From NCBI RefSeq assembly GCF_006345805.1, contig NC_043012.1, forward strand, positions 14,756,001 through 14,820,000: a DNA stretch of 64,000 bases, read 5' to 3'. The notes under the pieces are model-generated. The model saw nothing but the letters and a program-made list of their open reading frames with translations. It ran no database searches and was not told where the DNA came from. This document shows positions 63,844 to 64,000 of this stretch, one piece after another (positions within the stretch are counted from its first letter, which is position 1; each line of letters begins with the position of its first letter). Position numbers and translations under genes: made by a program. This stretch comes from Octopus sinensis. Lineage: Eukaryota.

Positions 63844-64000
63844 TCATTGTTGCACTTTGATAAAAAAATTACTTTGTTGAAACACTTGACCATTGTTTAG
63901 TGATGTATAACACCTTGCTTGGTAATCTCTTGCAGCATATATGCTTATATTTTAGTCAGAAGAGGAAGATCATCTTCCTACAGGTTGCTTGAGCTCATCA

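Overview
AT-rich, microsatellite- and SINE-saturated animal genomic DNA. The repeat landscape (tRNA-head SINEs, (TA)n/(CA)n/(CAT)n tracts) looks like a coleoid cephalopod such as Octopus; this is inference. One host gene is readable: a + strand CCDC28A/B-family gene with coding exons at 54409-54580, 58411-58539, 60310-60409, 63291-63351 and 63811-63833. It has a probable first exon ending at 16806 in a CpG-retaining region and a U12-type donor (GTATCCTTT) at 63834. The rest is decayed TEs: CR1, RTE and R4/Dong-type LINE pieces, mariner/Tc1 relics, piggyBac, hAT and pogo-like MITEs, Helitron ends and SINEs. The most striking hidden signal is about 21 minimal type I hammerhead-ribozyme (HHR) motifs from about 8 different short non-coding element families. 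Most sit in (TA)n tracts and many are built as fold-back palindromes plus a tail, or as tandem repeats. Their cores include all three Watson-Crick versions seen here of the 3:8 pair (C3:G8, U3:A8, G3:C8) plus U3.G8, C4 and U6/C6 variants. One locus has two HHRs exactly 483 nt apart, which is retrozyme/circRNA-like. This fits Penelope-like element (PLE) termini or retrozymes that target TA microsatellites. All structures were read by eye; no folding or database searches were run, and repeat boundaries are approximate to a few bases.
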